A DNA stretch of 63,967 nucleotides, the filler included, from an uncultured Rhodopirellula sp. (GTDB taxonomy: Bacteria > Planctomycetota > Planctomycetia > Pirellulales > Pirellulaceae): NCBI GenBank assembly GCA_964007735.1. It is 4 parts of 4 records of this genome, joined end to end, with 100 filler letters (N's around TTAATTAATTAA, not from the genome) between each part and the next. Parts side by side here need not be neighbours in the genome. Positions count along the whole stretch, not along the records: positions 17,960 to 35,725 come from CAXGAI010000070.1; positions 35,826 to 53,521 come from CAXGAI010000071.1; 2 more parts are not named here. One strand, 5' to 3'. Of the stretch, positions 30,918-40,300 are shown one piece after another. Within the stretch, counting starts at the first letter, position 1. The number at the start of each line of letters is the position of its first letter. Made by a program: the position numbers and the translations under genes. Below the pieces are notes generated by a model that saw only the letters and a list, made by a program, of their open reading frames with translations, searched no databases and was not told the origin of the DNA.

Positions 30918-33188
30918 ATGCGGACACCATACTTGCTATCAATTGCAGCAGTTTTATTTTGTTCACTAACGCACGCGGAAGACCTTATTGTTAACGTTGA
31001 CGCGCAACCTTTGCGAGCTCAGGTGAAGCGGCTAACGGAGGCCCTTGCATATGTTGGTCGCCCACTCGATTCCAAACAGATATCTGCCATTGAAGAACTG
31101 GAGGAAGGTGATTCAACGACCTACGTCACCAAGATCCAGGCGATCTTAGACCAACTGACACTGGCCAATGTGCACATCAATGCTGAAAGCCGCGTCAACG
31201 TATCGGCCGGTAAAGCAAGACCGGTTCTAGACCAAAATGGATGGACTGTATTTCTCATTAAGGTTCACAATGAAGCGGGAATTACAGCTGCATTACGAAT
31301 GGACAGTCCTTCTAATCAACCTATTTATATTCGAAGCAGCGGCAGCAGCGATCCTGACCCTGATCAAATTAACCAACAAAACCTTGAAGACCGCTGGCTC
31401 CAAATCGGCAGCTTTGATAAAAAACCCTTAACCCCTAACCTTTCCGGATTGCTCCTCGAATATCGAATTATTGCTTTTTATTCATCGGCTGTTGGCCAGC
31501 GTGAGGCAACTCTTACCTTTGATGCAGGACAAGGGACTCAGGATTTAGGGTTTCGTAGTGAACTACCAGTTCTTTTTAGTTCCAGAGAATCAACTCCGGT
31601 CACATTGCGGGTGATGGATCATGACGGTACACCCACCGTAGGTCAATTTGTCATTCGGGATTCACAGGGCCGGATTTACCCTTCCCGCTTCAGGCGTCTT
31701 GAACCTGACTTCTATTTTCACGATCAAATTTACCGATACGACAAGGAAATCATATATCTACCGCCGGGAAAATATAATTTTGCCGTCTCCCGAGGCCCGG
31801 AATATTTCAAAACAAATTACGACATCACTATCGTAGATCGAATGCCCGTATCCCTTGAGTTTCAATTGAAACGCTGGATCAAAATGATTGACCATGGCTG
31901 GGTTTCTGGCGATCACCACATCCATGCCGCAGGTTGCTCTCATTATGAATCTCCAAGGCAAGGGGTCCTACCCGAAGCCATGATGCGTCACATCCTCGGC
32001 GAAGACCTTAACGTGGGGTGTGTCCTTACCTGGGGACCGTGTTGGTATTTTCAAAAAAACTTCTTCGAAGCAAAAAACCATTCCCTTTCCCAACGAAATT
32101 ATTTAATGAGGTATGACATTGAGGTTTCAGGGTTTCCTAGCTCGCACGCTGGGCACTTATGCCTACTTCGACTAAAAGAGGACGACTACCCGGGGACAAC
32201 AAAAATCGAACAATGGCCTACCTGGACCCTTCCTGTCCTTAAATGGGGTAAAGAACAGGGGGGTGTTGTAGGATTTTCCCATAGCGGATGGGGCTTAGAG
32301 GTCGCAGACCAAAACATGCCGAGTTATGCTATGCCAAATTTTGATGGAATTGGCGCTAACGAGTTTATTGTTGACGTGACACACAACGTCGTGGATTTCA
32401 TCTCGGCGGTAGATACGCCCCTAAACTGGGAACTTTCTATATGGTACCACACCCTTAATTGCGGGTTCGATACCCGCATCAGCGGGGAAACTGACTTCCC
32501 ATGTATCTATGGTGACCGAGTGGGGCTGGGTAGGTCGTATGTAAAAATGCCTGAAAAACGCAAGGTTAGTTTCGACGAATGGATCTACGGGGTTCGTGAT
32601 GGTCGCAGTTATGTAGGCGACGGGCGTTCACATCTCTTTAATTTTAAAGTCAACCGGTACGGGGTCGGAGAGCGTGTTAAGCAGGGGAAACCGAGCTACC
32701 AGGCTATCGAAAAGGGAGACACGATTTCGGTCTCTGTAAACGCGGCCGCGCTATTAGACCAACTGGAAGACAGTGACATTCGGAGCCGCCCCTACGGACA
32801 GAAACCTTATTGGCACATCGAAAGAGCTCGCAAGCCAGGAACCAGACTCATCCCCGTCGAACTTATCGTCAACGGACAAGTTGTCCAGACAAAAGAAATC
32901 TTAGGGAATGGTGAAACTCACCCGCTGACATTTGATTATTTGCCGACGGAATCAAGTTGGGTCGCTATAAGGATCCTTGGGGCGTGCCATACCAATCCAA
33001 TTTTTGTCATTTTAGATCGTAAGCCTATCCGTGCCAGCAGAGCAAGTGCTGAGTGGTGTATTGAGGCTGTAGAAGTTTGTTGGAACGCCAAGAAGGGCCA
33101 AATAAGCACGGAGGAGATCGGGGCGGCTAAAAAAGCCTGGGATCATGCCAGAAACACTTATAAACAAATACTAAGAGAAACAAACTAA
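30918..33188 (+). CDS. Secreted CehA/McbA-family (PHP-like) metallohydrolase
   Basis: Signal peptide; GDHHIHAAGC, EVSGFPSSHAGH, FSHSGWG, SGETDFPC, SSWVAIR, HTNPIFV. Confidence 0.8.
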   Translation: MRTPYLLSIAAVLFCSLTHAEDLIVNVDAQPLRAQVKRLTEALAYVGRPLDSKQISAIEELEEGDSTTYVTKIQAILDQLTLANVHINAESRVNVSAGKARPVLDQNGWTVFLIKVHNEAGITAALRMDSPSNQPIYIRSSGSSDPDPDQINQQNLEDRWLQIGSFDKKPLTPNLSGLLLEYRIIAFYSSAVGQREATLTFDAGQGTQDLGFRSELPVLFSSRESTPVTLRVMDHDGTPTVGQFVIRDSQGRIYPSRFRRLEPDFYFHDQIYRYDKEIIYLPPGKYNFAVSRGPEYFKTNYDITIVDRMPVSLEFQLKRWIKMIDHGWVSGDHHIHAAGCSHYESPRQGVLPEAMMRHILGEDLNVGCVLTWGPCWYFQKNFFEAKNHSLSQRNYLMRYDIEVSGFPSSHAGHLCLLRLKEDDYPGTTKIEQWPTWTLPVLKWGKEQGGVVGFSHSGWGLEVADQNMPSYAMPNFDGIGANEFIVDVTHNVVDFISAVDTPLNWELSIWYHTLNCGFDTRISGETDFPCIYGDRVGLGRSYVKMPEKRKVSFDEWIYGVRDGRSYVGDGRSHLFNFKVNRYGVGERVKQGKPSYQAIEKGDTISVSVNAAALLDQLEDSDIRSRPYGQKPYWHIERARKPGTRLIPVELIVNGQVVQTKEILGNGETHPLTFDYLPTESSWVAIRILGACHTNPIFVILDRKPIRASRASAEWCIEAVEVCWNAKKGQISTEEIGAAKKAWDHARNTYKQILRETN

Positions 33189-33203
33189 AATGCAGATCGA
33201 TGC

Positions 33204-34865
33204 CTATTTCAAATTATGCTTATAAAGGGGCAGATGACGGTAATATACCTCAAGCATATAAATGCAAAGACACGTCGTATAGAGCCGTCCTCCCAGATGG
33301 CCATGAGTGTCGTTATGGGGATCCCAACTACCGGCCTCTTTACCAGTCTGAAGTTGATTTTCCGGGATGACCTGCCGCATAATGCGATTCCACTGCATCC
33401 ATGGCTTCCCTCCCATGTGATGCATCGCCTGCGTTGCGTAGTACCAGTAGTAAACATCCATTTCAGCGAAACGAATAGGGTTACTTCCAACATACTGAAT
33501 ACCCTGATTTAGCCGGGGATCATCATGCAACCAACCAAGATATTGTCGGCAAAGGAGCCCTTCGGCGGTCATGCTAAGCGTATCCGACTGCCCAGGTATG
33601 TAAGCGTATTTGCTCCCACCATCCGTAGTCGCCGAGTCTAAATAAGCAGATATTCTATCCAGATTAGTCGCTGGTACTTCCAGCCCGGCCATTCGCCCAC
33701 TTTGCAGGGCCATGACAAACCACCCCGTTACGGATGTATCAGACGCTCCTCCGGGAGCATATCTCCATCCCCCTTGAGGTGATTGTGAACTAATACAGTA
33801 ATCAAGTGCTTTTTGCGCAGAGACCTTCACAGTTTCATCTCTTGTCATGCCGTACAGTTCACATAAAGCTATCGTCGCTTGCGCATGAGTATAAAGCCTA
33901 TGATGATGTCCCCCAGTGAGGAAAAAGTTTCCTTCGGCGTCCTGTTTTTTGATCAACCCATTCCACGCCCTCGCGACAACATCTTTATAGGGTCCGTACT
34001 GATGCGTTGAACCATGACCTTGGAATGCCAGCAAAGCCATCGCGGTTGCCGCCACCTTATTTTCCGTGGGTGCACCATCCGCGAAATTACCTAAAAGACT
34101 CCACATCCCGTCACGCTGTTGATTACGCTTCAGCCACTCTAAACCTTTAACGACCGCTCCTTCGGTTGTTGCGGTTCCACCATATGTTGCTAGCAGCGCC
34201 TTCTTCATCCCCTTTTCGCGTCCGTCTAACGCCATGCCGATAGACGGTGTCTTTAAATCGCTTGTCTGATTTGTAGCCTGAAACTCAATGGGCTCCACTT
34301 CCGGCGGGGATGCCAACGGGTCCTCTACCTCAATCTCATCTTCCGCTAGAACAGGATCTTCCAAAACGGGCATCTCTTCGGTCGGCGACTGAAAAATTTC
34401 GTCTTCCGTTTGCTCGCCAAGTTTTTCTGCATACACGACTTCAATTTGCAACGGTGGATCCAGTAGGCCTGGGAGCATTAAGAGGCCAAGCACGACAAGA
34501 ATAGAAGTATGTACACCAAGACTGATTAACCATGCTGGCGCAGAGCGTTTAGCGACCTCAACCAACTCCTCTTCCAGTTGTTCATAATCATCATCCGAGA
34601 TCGCGAGGAATTCGCGCCGATGGGCAAGCAACGAGGCGTTAACGTTTTTTTTATCCAGCCCCTGCGTTGCGGATGGCCCATGGGGTAATTCCCCGCGCCT
34701 CTTGGGAGGAGCTGCCGCAGGCCGCGGTTTTACTACTTCTTTATTGTTTGGATGAGTTGGCTTTGCTATGGGCGCATCACCTACGGAACTCCTAGGTTGC
34801 AGCCGACGCTTGATGATCGGCCGGGAGACCACACGCTTCGCCGGATTTTCCTGTTCACTGCTCAC
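33204..34865 (-). CDS. Membrane-anchored prenyltransferase/squalene-oxidase (QW) repeat protein
   Basis: QW-like repeats (WLKRNQQRDGMW, SSQSPQGGWRY, NQLQTGKEAGSW); TM helix AWLISLGVH; acidic linker; no DxDD motif. Confidence 0.85.
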   Translation of the reverse strand: MSSEQENPAKRVVSRPIIKRRLQPRSSVGDAPIAKPTHPNNKEVVKPRPAAAPPKRRGELPHGPSATQGLDKKNVNASLLAHRREFLAISDDDYEQLEEELVEVAKRSAPAWLISLGVHTSILVVLGLLMLPGLLDPPLQIEVVYAEKLGEQTEDEIFQSPTEEMPVLEDPVLAEDEIEVEDPLASPPEVEPIEFQATNQTSDLKTPSIGMALDGREKGMKKALLATYGGTATTEGAVVKGLEWLKRNQQRDGMWSLLGNFADGAPTENKVAATAMALLAFQGHGSTHQYGPYKDVVARAWNGLIKKQDAEGNFFLTGGHHHRLYTHAQATIALCELYGMTRDETVKVSAQKALDYCISSQSPQGGWRYAPGGASDTSVTGWFVMALQSGRMAGLEVPATNLDRISAYLDSATTDGGSKYAYIPGQSDTLSMTAEGLLCRQYLGWLHDDPRLNQGIQYVGSNPIRFAEMDVYYWYYATQAMHHMGGKPWMQWNRIMRQVIPENQLQTGKEAGSWDPHNDTHGHLGGRLYTTCLCIYMLEVYYRHLPLYKHNLK

Positions 34866-35232
34866 AATAAATCAACCGTACAATTAAAATTCGACCCCTA
34901 TAAATTTTATCGGCATTCGCAGCTAACATCCACATCGATATATCACAATCCATCACGATACAGATATTACGAGCTCGGATAATTATTAGACACCTGGGCA
35001 TTACCATCCTGTTTTCCTTAAGTGCCGGAAATGTTACGTTTCGCTAACGAGTTTTTGCTACCTGAAATTGAACAGCAACTAGGAAGATGATAGCTAGGCA
35101 TTTTTACGTTTTTTTTGACTATCGTGGAGCTAGAAGGGTTTACGGAATATCACTCGTGACCCATAATATCCTTTTATTAGAAAACCGTGTTTTGTGTTTA
35201 AAAAAACGGTTATTCACAGACGAAATAAATGG

Positions 35233-35306
<74 letters not shown>

Positions 35307-35350
35307 CTAATACAAACTAAATACGAATTAAAACGGATAATATAATTGAT

Positions 35351-35593
35351 ATGACTAAAACTATATACCAAAGATTAAAACCTAACTTGAAAAAAACGTT
35401 AGATGAAAGTGCTAGAAGTTATGATAGTGCTAAAAGATTAAAGTACAAACTAATGAGTTCTTCTCTATACCATGAGTTGACTCTTGCTGAAGTTAGTTCT
35501 TTAATGTGTTACGCTGATGTCTATACATATGAGGCAAATGGCCAAGATGTTTTATACGGAAAAATATTTCTACCCCCTTGGGGGTGCGCGTAG
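35351..35593 (+). CDS. Small AT-rich hypothetical protein, phage-like; true C-terminus uncertain
   Basis: ATG after an AT-rich leader; codons are strongly A/T-ending, unlike the neighbouring planctomycete genes; directly downstream of the tRNA. Confidence 0.6.
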   Translation: MTKTIYQRLKPNLKKTLDESARSYDSAKRLKYKLMSSSLYHELTLAEVSSLMCYADVYTYEANGQDVLYGKIFLPPWGCA

Positions 35594-35725
35594 GGCAGGG
35601 TCGAACATCCTCTGTGTTCAGTGTTTCGACCGATCAGCACTGTTGTTTAATCCTTGCTGGCAACGTTGTGACAATGTTGACCAGCACACTTGTCAACATG
35701 TAAGAACACGCCTGACCCAACGAAA

Positions 35726-35825
35726 NNNNNNNNNNNNNNNNNNNNNNNNNNNNNNNNNNNNNNNNNNNNTTAATTAATTAANNNNNNNNNNNNNNNNNNN
35801 NNNNNNNNNNNNNNNNNNNNNNNNN
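35726..35825. other. Artificial contig spacer
   Basis: Ns with TTAATTAATTAA, 100 nt. Confidence 0.99.
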
Positions 35826-35827
35826 AA

Positions 35828-36001
35828 GTTCTTGCTCTCAGCTTTCTAATCCTCATTGGAATCATGTTGGTCGCCGAGGGATTCGCTGCCCATTTCAATA
35901 AGGGGTATATTTACTTCGCAATGGCCTTTTCGCTCGTAGTAGAGGCAATCAACATACGCTTGCGATCGAAGCGGAAGGCGAAAATAGAGGCTGTTGGGTA
36001 A
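35828..36001 (+). CDS. TerC-family membrane protein, C-terminal fragment (not in the ORF track)
   Basis: Manual translation [48 protein letters not shown]...* matches the typical TerC C-terminus. Confidence 0.88.
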   Translation, partial: VLALSFLILIGIMLVAEGFAAHFNKGYIYFAMAFSLVVEAINIRLRSKRKAKIEAVG

Positions 36002-36014
36002 TGGGTGTGTTGGC

Positions 36015-36167
36015 CTAATTTTGTGGGGCGCGTTCTGAACTTACGGGAGTCGACACCGGCGGGTCAACGGGTTGGCCACGGAATATGGTCTTTGCCATGT
36101 AGCCCAACGCAATACCTAAAGCAATAACGATGATCCGGGATTTAAGCGAAGTCGGCTTGCGGTTCAT
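36015..36167 (-). CDS. Small 50-aa single-TM protein (below the ORF-track cutoff)
   Basis: MNRKPTSLKSRIIVIALGIALGYMAKTIFRGQPVDPPVSTPVSSERAPQN*. The ATG lies 6 nt after the stop of the cytochrome gene and the ORF fills the intergenic gap. Confidence 0.6.
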   Translation of the reverse strand: MNRKPTSLKSRIIVIALGIALGYMAKTIFRGQPVDPPVSTPVSSERAPQN

Positions 36168-36173
36168 GGTAGA

Positions 36174-37307
36174 TTATTTTTTCGTAAGTGTTCTAAGGTA
36201 AGCAACAATATCAGCAAGTTCTTTGACGGATAGAAGCCGTTGGAGGTCGGCGGGCATAAGTGATACGCCGGTTTGAAAAATCTCATCAATAGTGGACCGT
36301 TTGAAAGTTTTGTCGATACCCTCTGCGGTGCGAAGCGTAACCTCATCGTCTGTTTCGTTAATCTTGATGCCGGTGACGATATTACCCGTTAATGTTACGA
36401 TCGAATAGGTTTCGTAATTGTGACTTACTCCGGCGCTAGGATCAAGCATGGATGTAAATAGTGCTTCTTTGGATAATTTAGTGCCTATCTCGCTTAATGC
36501 AGGCCCGACTTCTTTGCCCTGGTCCCCTACCTTATGGCATTTTGCGCAAGTGCCTTTAGTAAAGAATAGCGCTTTGCCTAAACTAGCGGAACCAGACAAG
36601 CGAGCTAGTTCATCAAGGGGCGGCAATGGTTTCGAGTCTGCTGTGGTGGGGAGTTTAATGGTTGCTTTTGCACGTGCCTGAATATCTTTGTCAGCGCTGG
36701 CATATAGAGCGTTTCCTACGGCAAATGTAACCTCCGGACGAAGACGGCCCGCTTTTGCTTCAGCGAGTAAAAACCGTTGGCCCGGTATGGTCCTTGCGAT
36801 CGATAAAGCTGTATTGACGTAGATTTGCCGGTTTCGGGGAGTCGATTGGTATAACCGAATTAGAAAACTGGGCACTTCCGGAGACGTTGATTGGCCGAGG
36901 ACCTGTATTAATGCCACGGATGAAGCTACATCGTCTGTGTTGAGAGCCTTCTCTACGACGCTGGTTCCCGAGAGCTTGAGCACAGCATTGATGGCTTCCA
37001 CACCTAAAGTGGCATTTGGATAGGTCTGTGCTAATTTGATCAGATCTCCCGTTACCTCTTTAACTTCGAACTTAACGGCTAAATCTACGAACCTATCCGT
37101 TTCTCCTAGCGTCTTCATATGCCTCAGGACCGCATCTCGCAGCTTATCGTTATCAGAGATATCAAAGCGCTTGAGACGAAGTAGGGTTTCCACGACGAGT
37201 TTGTCACGTGCAGGGTCCTGAGGTAATGCAATCGTCGGAATTAGCAGGAGCAGGAGAGTTCCGACTAATACGCGGGGCCGGGATAATGGTGACTTGAATT
37301 CGTGCAT
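36174..37307 (-). CDS. Secreted c-type cytochrome with PVC-type putative heme-binding domain
   Basis: Own signal peptide; helical repeats; GKALFFTKGTCAKCH (CxxCH); VGPALSEIG, SMLDPSA, SLMPADL. Confidence 0.9.
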   Translation of the reverse strand: MHEFKSPLSRPRVLVGTLLLLLIPTIALPQDPARDKLVVETLLRLKRFDISDNDKLRDAVLRHMKTLGETDRFVDLAVKFEVKEVTGDLIKLAQTYPNATLGVEAINAVLKLSGTSVVEKALNTDDVASSVALIQVLGQSTSPEVPSFLIRLYQSTPRNRQIYVNTALSIARTIPGQRFLLAEAKAGRLRPEVTFAVGNALYASADKDIQARAKATIKLPTTADSKPLPPLDELARLSGSASLGKALFFTKGTCAKCHKVGDQGKEVGPALSEIGTKLSKEALFTSMLDPSAGVSHNYETYSIVTLTGNIVTGIKINETDDEVTLRTAEGIDKTFKRSTIDEIFQTGVSLMPADLQRLLSVKELADIVAYLRTLTKK

Positions 37308-37310
37308 TGA

Positions 37311-40300
37311 TTACATCCCTAAGAGGATCTTTTCTAGAGCAGCATCTTTTGCCGGTCCTTGGTGATAATCAAATGCTCGCAAGTAGCGGGGGTGCTCGTC
37401 TTCGTTTGTGGATTTGTCTAATAAAATGCTGGCAAGTAAATCTGGCGCTTTGGTTGACCGGCTCCGCCAAATAATGTCGCGTCCTGCTGGAGTATTCCAC
37501 TGGTCTCCGATTAGTTTTAGCCAAGCAGAAAATCGGCCTTCCCAGTGCAGGTCGGCACCGATCCCCAATGCTTCTAAGTACCAGCGATCTTTCCCATCAT
37601 GCTTGCTGGCGAAGTGCGCCCACAACTCATGTGCCTCGCCCGTTCCGAGAAAACGTAGGGCAACGAGCGCCTCTCGTCGTACCTGTGGGCTTTCGTCGTC
37701 CTTTAGGCGTCGGATAATCGTTAAAAGATCGACTCCGGTTTGTCGTGCTATGCGGAGCGATGTGGCACGAATTTCCTCGTCACGATCCTGCGCTGCAAGC
37801 GTTACATATTGCTGGGCCTTCCCATCGATCTTAGCGAGAAGCCAGAGCGCTCGGGCCCTCTCTCGACTGTCGCCGGTGCGATACAGTTGGAGGAGTATCG
37901 ATTCGGCTTGGTCTCCGGACTGATGGAGTTTTGTCCAGGCCATATATCGCGTGGAAAGGTTAGGAGATTTCAACCCTTCAAGGGCACCATCGAGACTGGT
38001 GAGATCGAGTTGGGGGAAATCATATTTGATTCCCGGTGGAGCTATTCGGAATAGACGGCCCCGCTCTAGGTCCTGCATGTTATGACCGCCGACACCCGGG
38101 TCATACCAATCCGTCACATACAGCGAGCCATCCGGGGCCACGCACACATCCGCAGGCCTAAACCATTTGTCGATACCCTCGACAATGTTATCGATGGTTG
38201 CAGTGAAACCTGCGCCTGATTTGTTTGCGGGGTACGCCCGGACTATATTCGGCCCAGCGTCGCAGTGGATAACTTCATTGTGTAAGCGGTTGGGCAGTAG
38301 GTTTCCTTCATAAATAGTGATTCCTGTAGGGGAGCCAGCGCCAGTTTGTAAGAGATTAGGGATTACTCCGGGGTCATTCAGGTGCCAGTGCTTGATCGGG
38401 ATTTTATCTGACATGCCTGTTCGTTCGGCTCGCCATCCGGCTCCTGTTAGTTCATCCCGATAACCGTAATTACCATACTCAAGAATGTAGTTGATGCGGA
38501 CGCCTTTGTTGCCATCATCGTCATTGTCCGATTGCCACAGGCGGCCATAGGAATCGACCGCGACTTCATAATTGTTGCGAAAGTTGTGAGCGAGCACCTC
38601 AAAATTACTTCCGTCGATATCGCAACGAAAGATCATTCCGCCGTAATATGGTTTGCCGTTATCAATGACTTGGTTCCCAGTAAGATCCGTAACAATCGTT
38701 CCTTCAGCATCTCTGACAGCTTTGCCGGTATTACCGAAATTCCAGTAGAGTTTTCCATCGGGACCAAAAATAAATGAGTGGACGGAGTGGTCATGCTGAG
38801 GTTGACCGGTTTTATCGAACATTATCGTCTTTGAATCCGGTTTGTCGTCTCCATCATCGTCAGTAAACACTATCACCTTCGGCGTAGCGGAAACAATAAC
38901 TCTATTTCCTAGAACACATATTCCCATGGCCGAATCAACGTCCCGGCCCTGGTAGAATACCGTTTGTTTGTCCATAACACCGTCGTTGTCTGAATCTTCA
39001 AGGATAAGGATTCGATCACCTTCCGGCCTGCGATTGGCGTGCTTCCGGTAATTCATTACTTCACAGACCCAAACGCGACCGCGATGATCTATATCGAGGT
39101 TAGTAAGGCTGTAAAGTTGTGGTTCGGATGCTGCTAAAGTGGCAACCATACCGTCACCAACGTCAAGTCCTTTCACAGCCAGATCTGGGTGGCGTTCTAA
39201 ACCGGAGGTTGGTGGTTGACTGCTTACTGCGTCATAGACAGCGAAAATGACAGACGTGGCTTTGCCGTCTAGCTGTTTAGTTCCCCCTTCGTCCAGGGCC
39301 CCGATCGCCTCAAAGCTCAAAGCTCCCTCAGGAAGGTCATAAATAATTGTGGAATTGGAATGGGTACCGATACCCGTTTCTATTAAACGCCCCTTGCTAC
39401 GCATTGCCTGGCCAGCGGCATTTTTGTTGATGTGAACCTTACCCCATTCTGATGAGGCGAATTTCCATTTTAAATCCGTAAGCGACTGTTCCCAATCTTC
39501 ACCTTTGATGATTGGATTTTCCCAATTCGCCCAGTCGCAACCATAGCCATTTCCGCCATCTTCAACGACGAGGACGAGTTGCTTCCTTCCTTTTATATTA
39601 ACAGTGATCGGGGTCGCATGATTTGGGGTCTCGCTCGTAATCAGTTTGCTGCGATAAAGTGGTTTAGGCGACGAAGACTTCGCAGCTTCACCCAGACTTA
39701 GATTAAACTTGCGAATAACGTCTAACTTGTTGAAGTTACCGGGTTGGTCAAAATCCTGATTTCTCTCCAGCTGGTCGTAGGTTACTTTAGCATCTTCCAC
39801 CCCCCCGGACGGAACCGTTCCTTTTGAACACCATATAATCGCATTGAGTACAATTTTTCTAAAATTGTCGTCCCCCCAGTTCCAGTGGTTGTGGCCTCCG
39901 GTAAAACCAAATCCACGTCCTCCATCTGGCCGCTCAGCGGCCCAGGCGAGATGTTGGATGTTTCCCGCTGCTACCGATGCTCGAACATGGGGATTTCCAC
40001 TGTGAGCTCCATCGGGTCTCGATAATGTAGATTTCGGCGGAAGGGCGCTTAGAATAGGAGTGACGCCCGCCATCTTGTTTCGAAATCGCATATGGTAATA
40101 CCATTCGTCATTTATTTCAAATGGTTGGACACCATTGGTAATGGGGTGTTCTGGAAAGCGGTCAAACTTAGCAGACCAGTGCGGGTTGACCGACCAGTTT
40201 GTTTCGAAATAACCACCAATCCAATCGAGGAACCGATCTCCAGAATTCCCCTTCGGTACCTCGACACCATAGTGGATGCAGACGACACCAACGCCTCGTT

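Noticed and set aside
33204..34865. Possible squalene-hopene cyclase
   Set aside because: Has QW-like repeats but no DxDD motif, only one barrel and an N-terminal membrane anchor.
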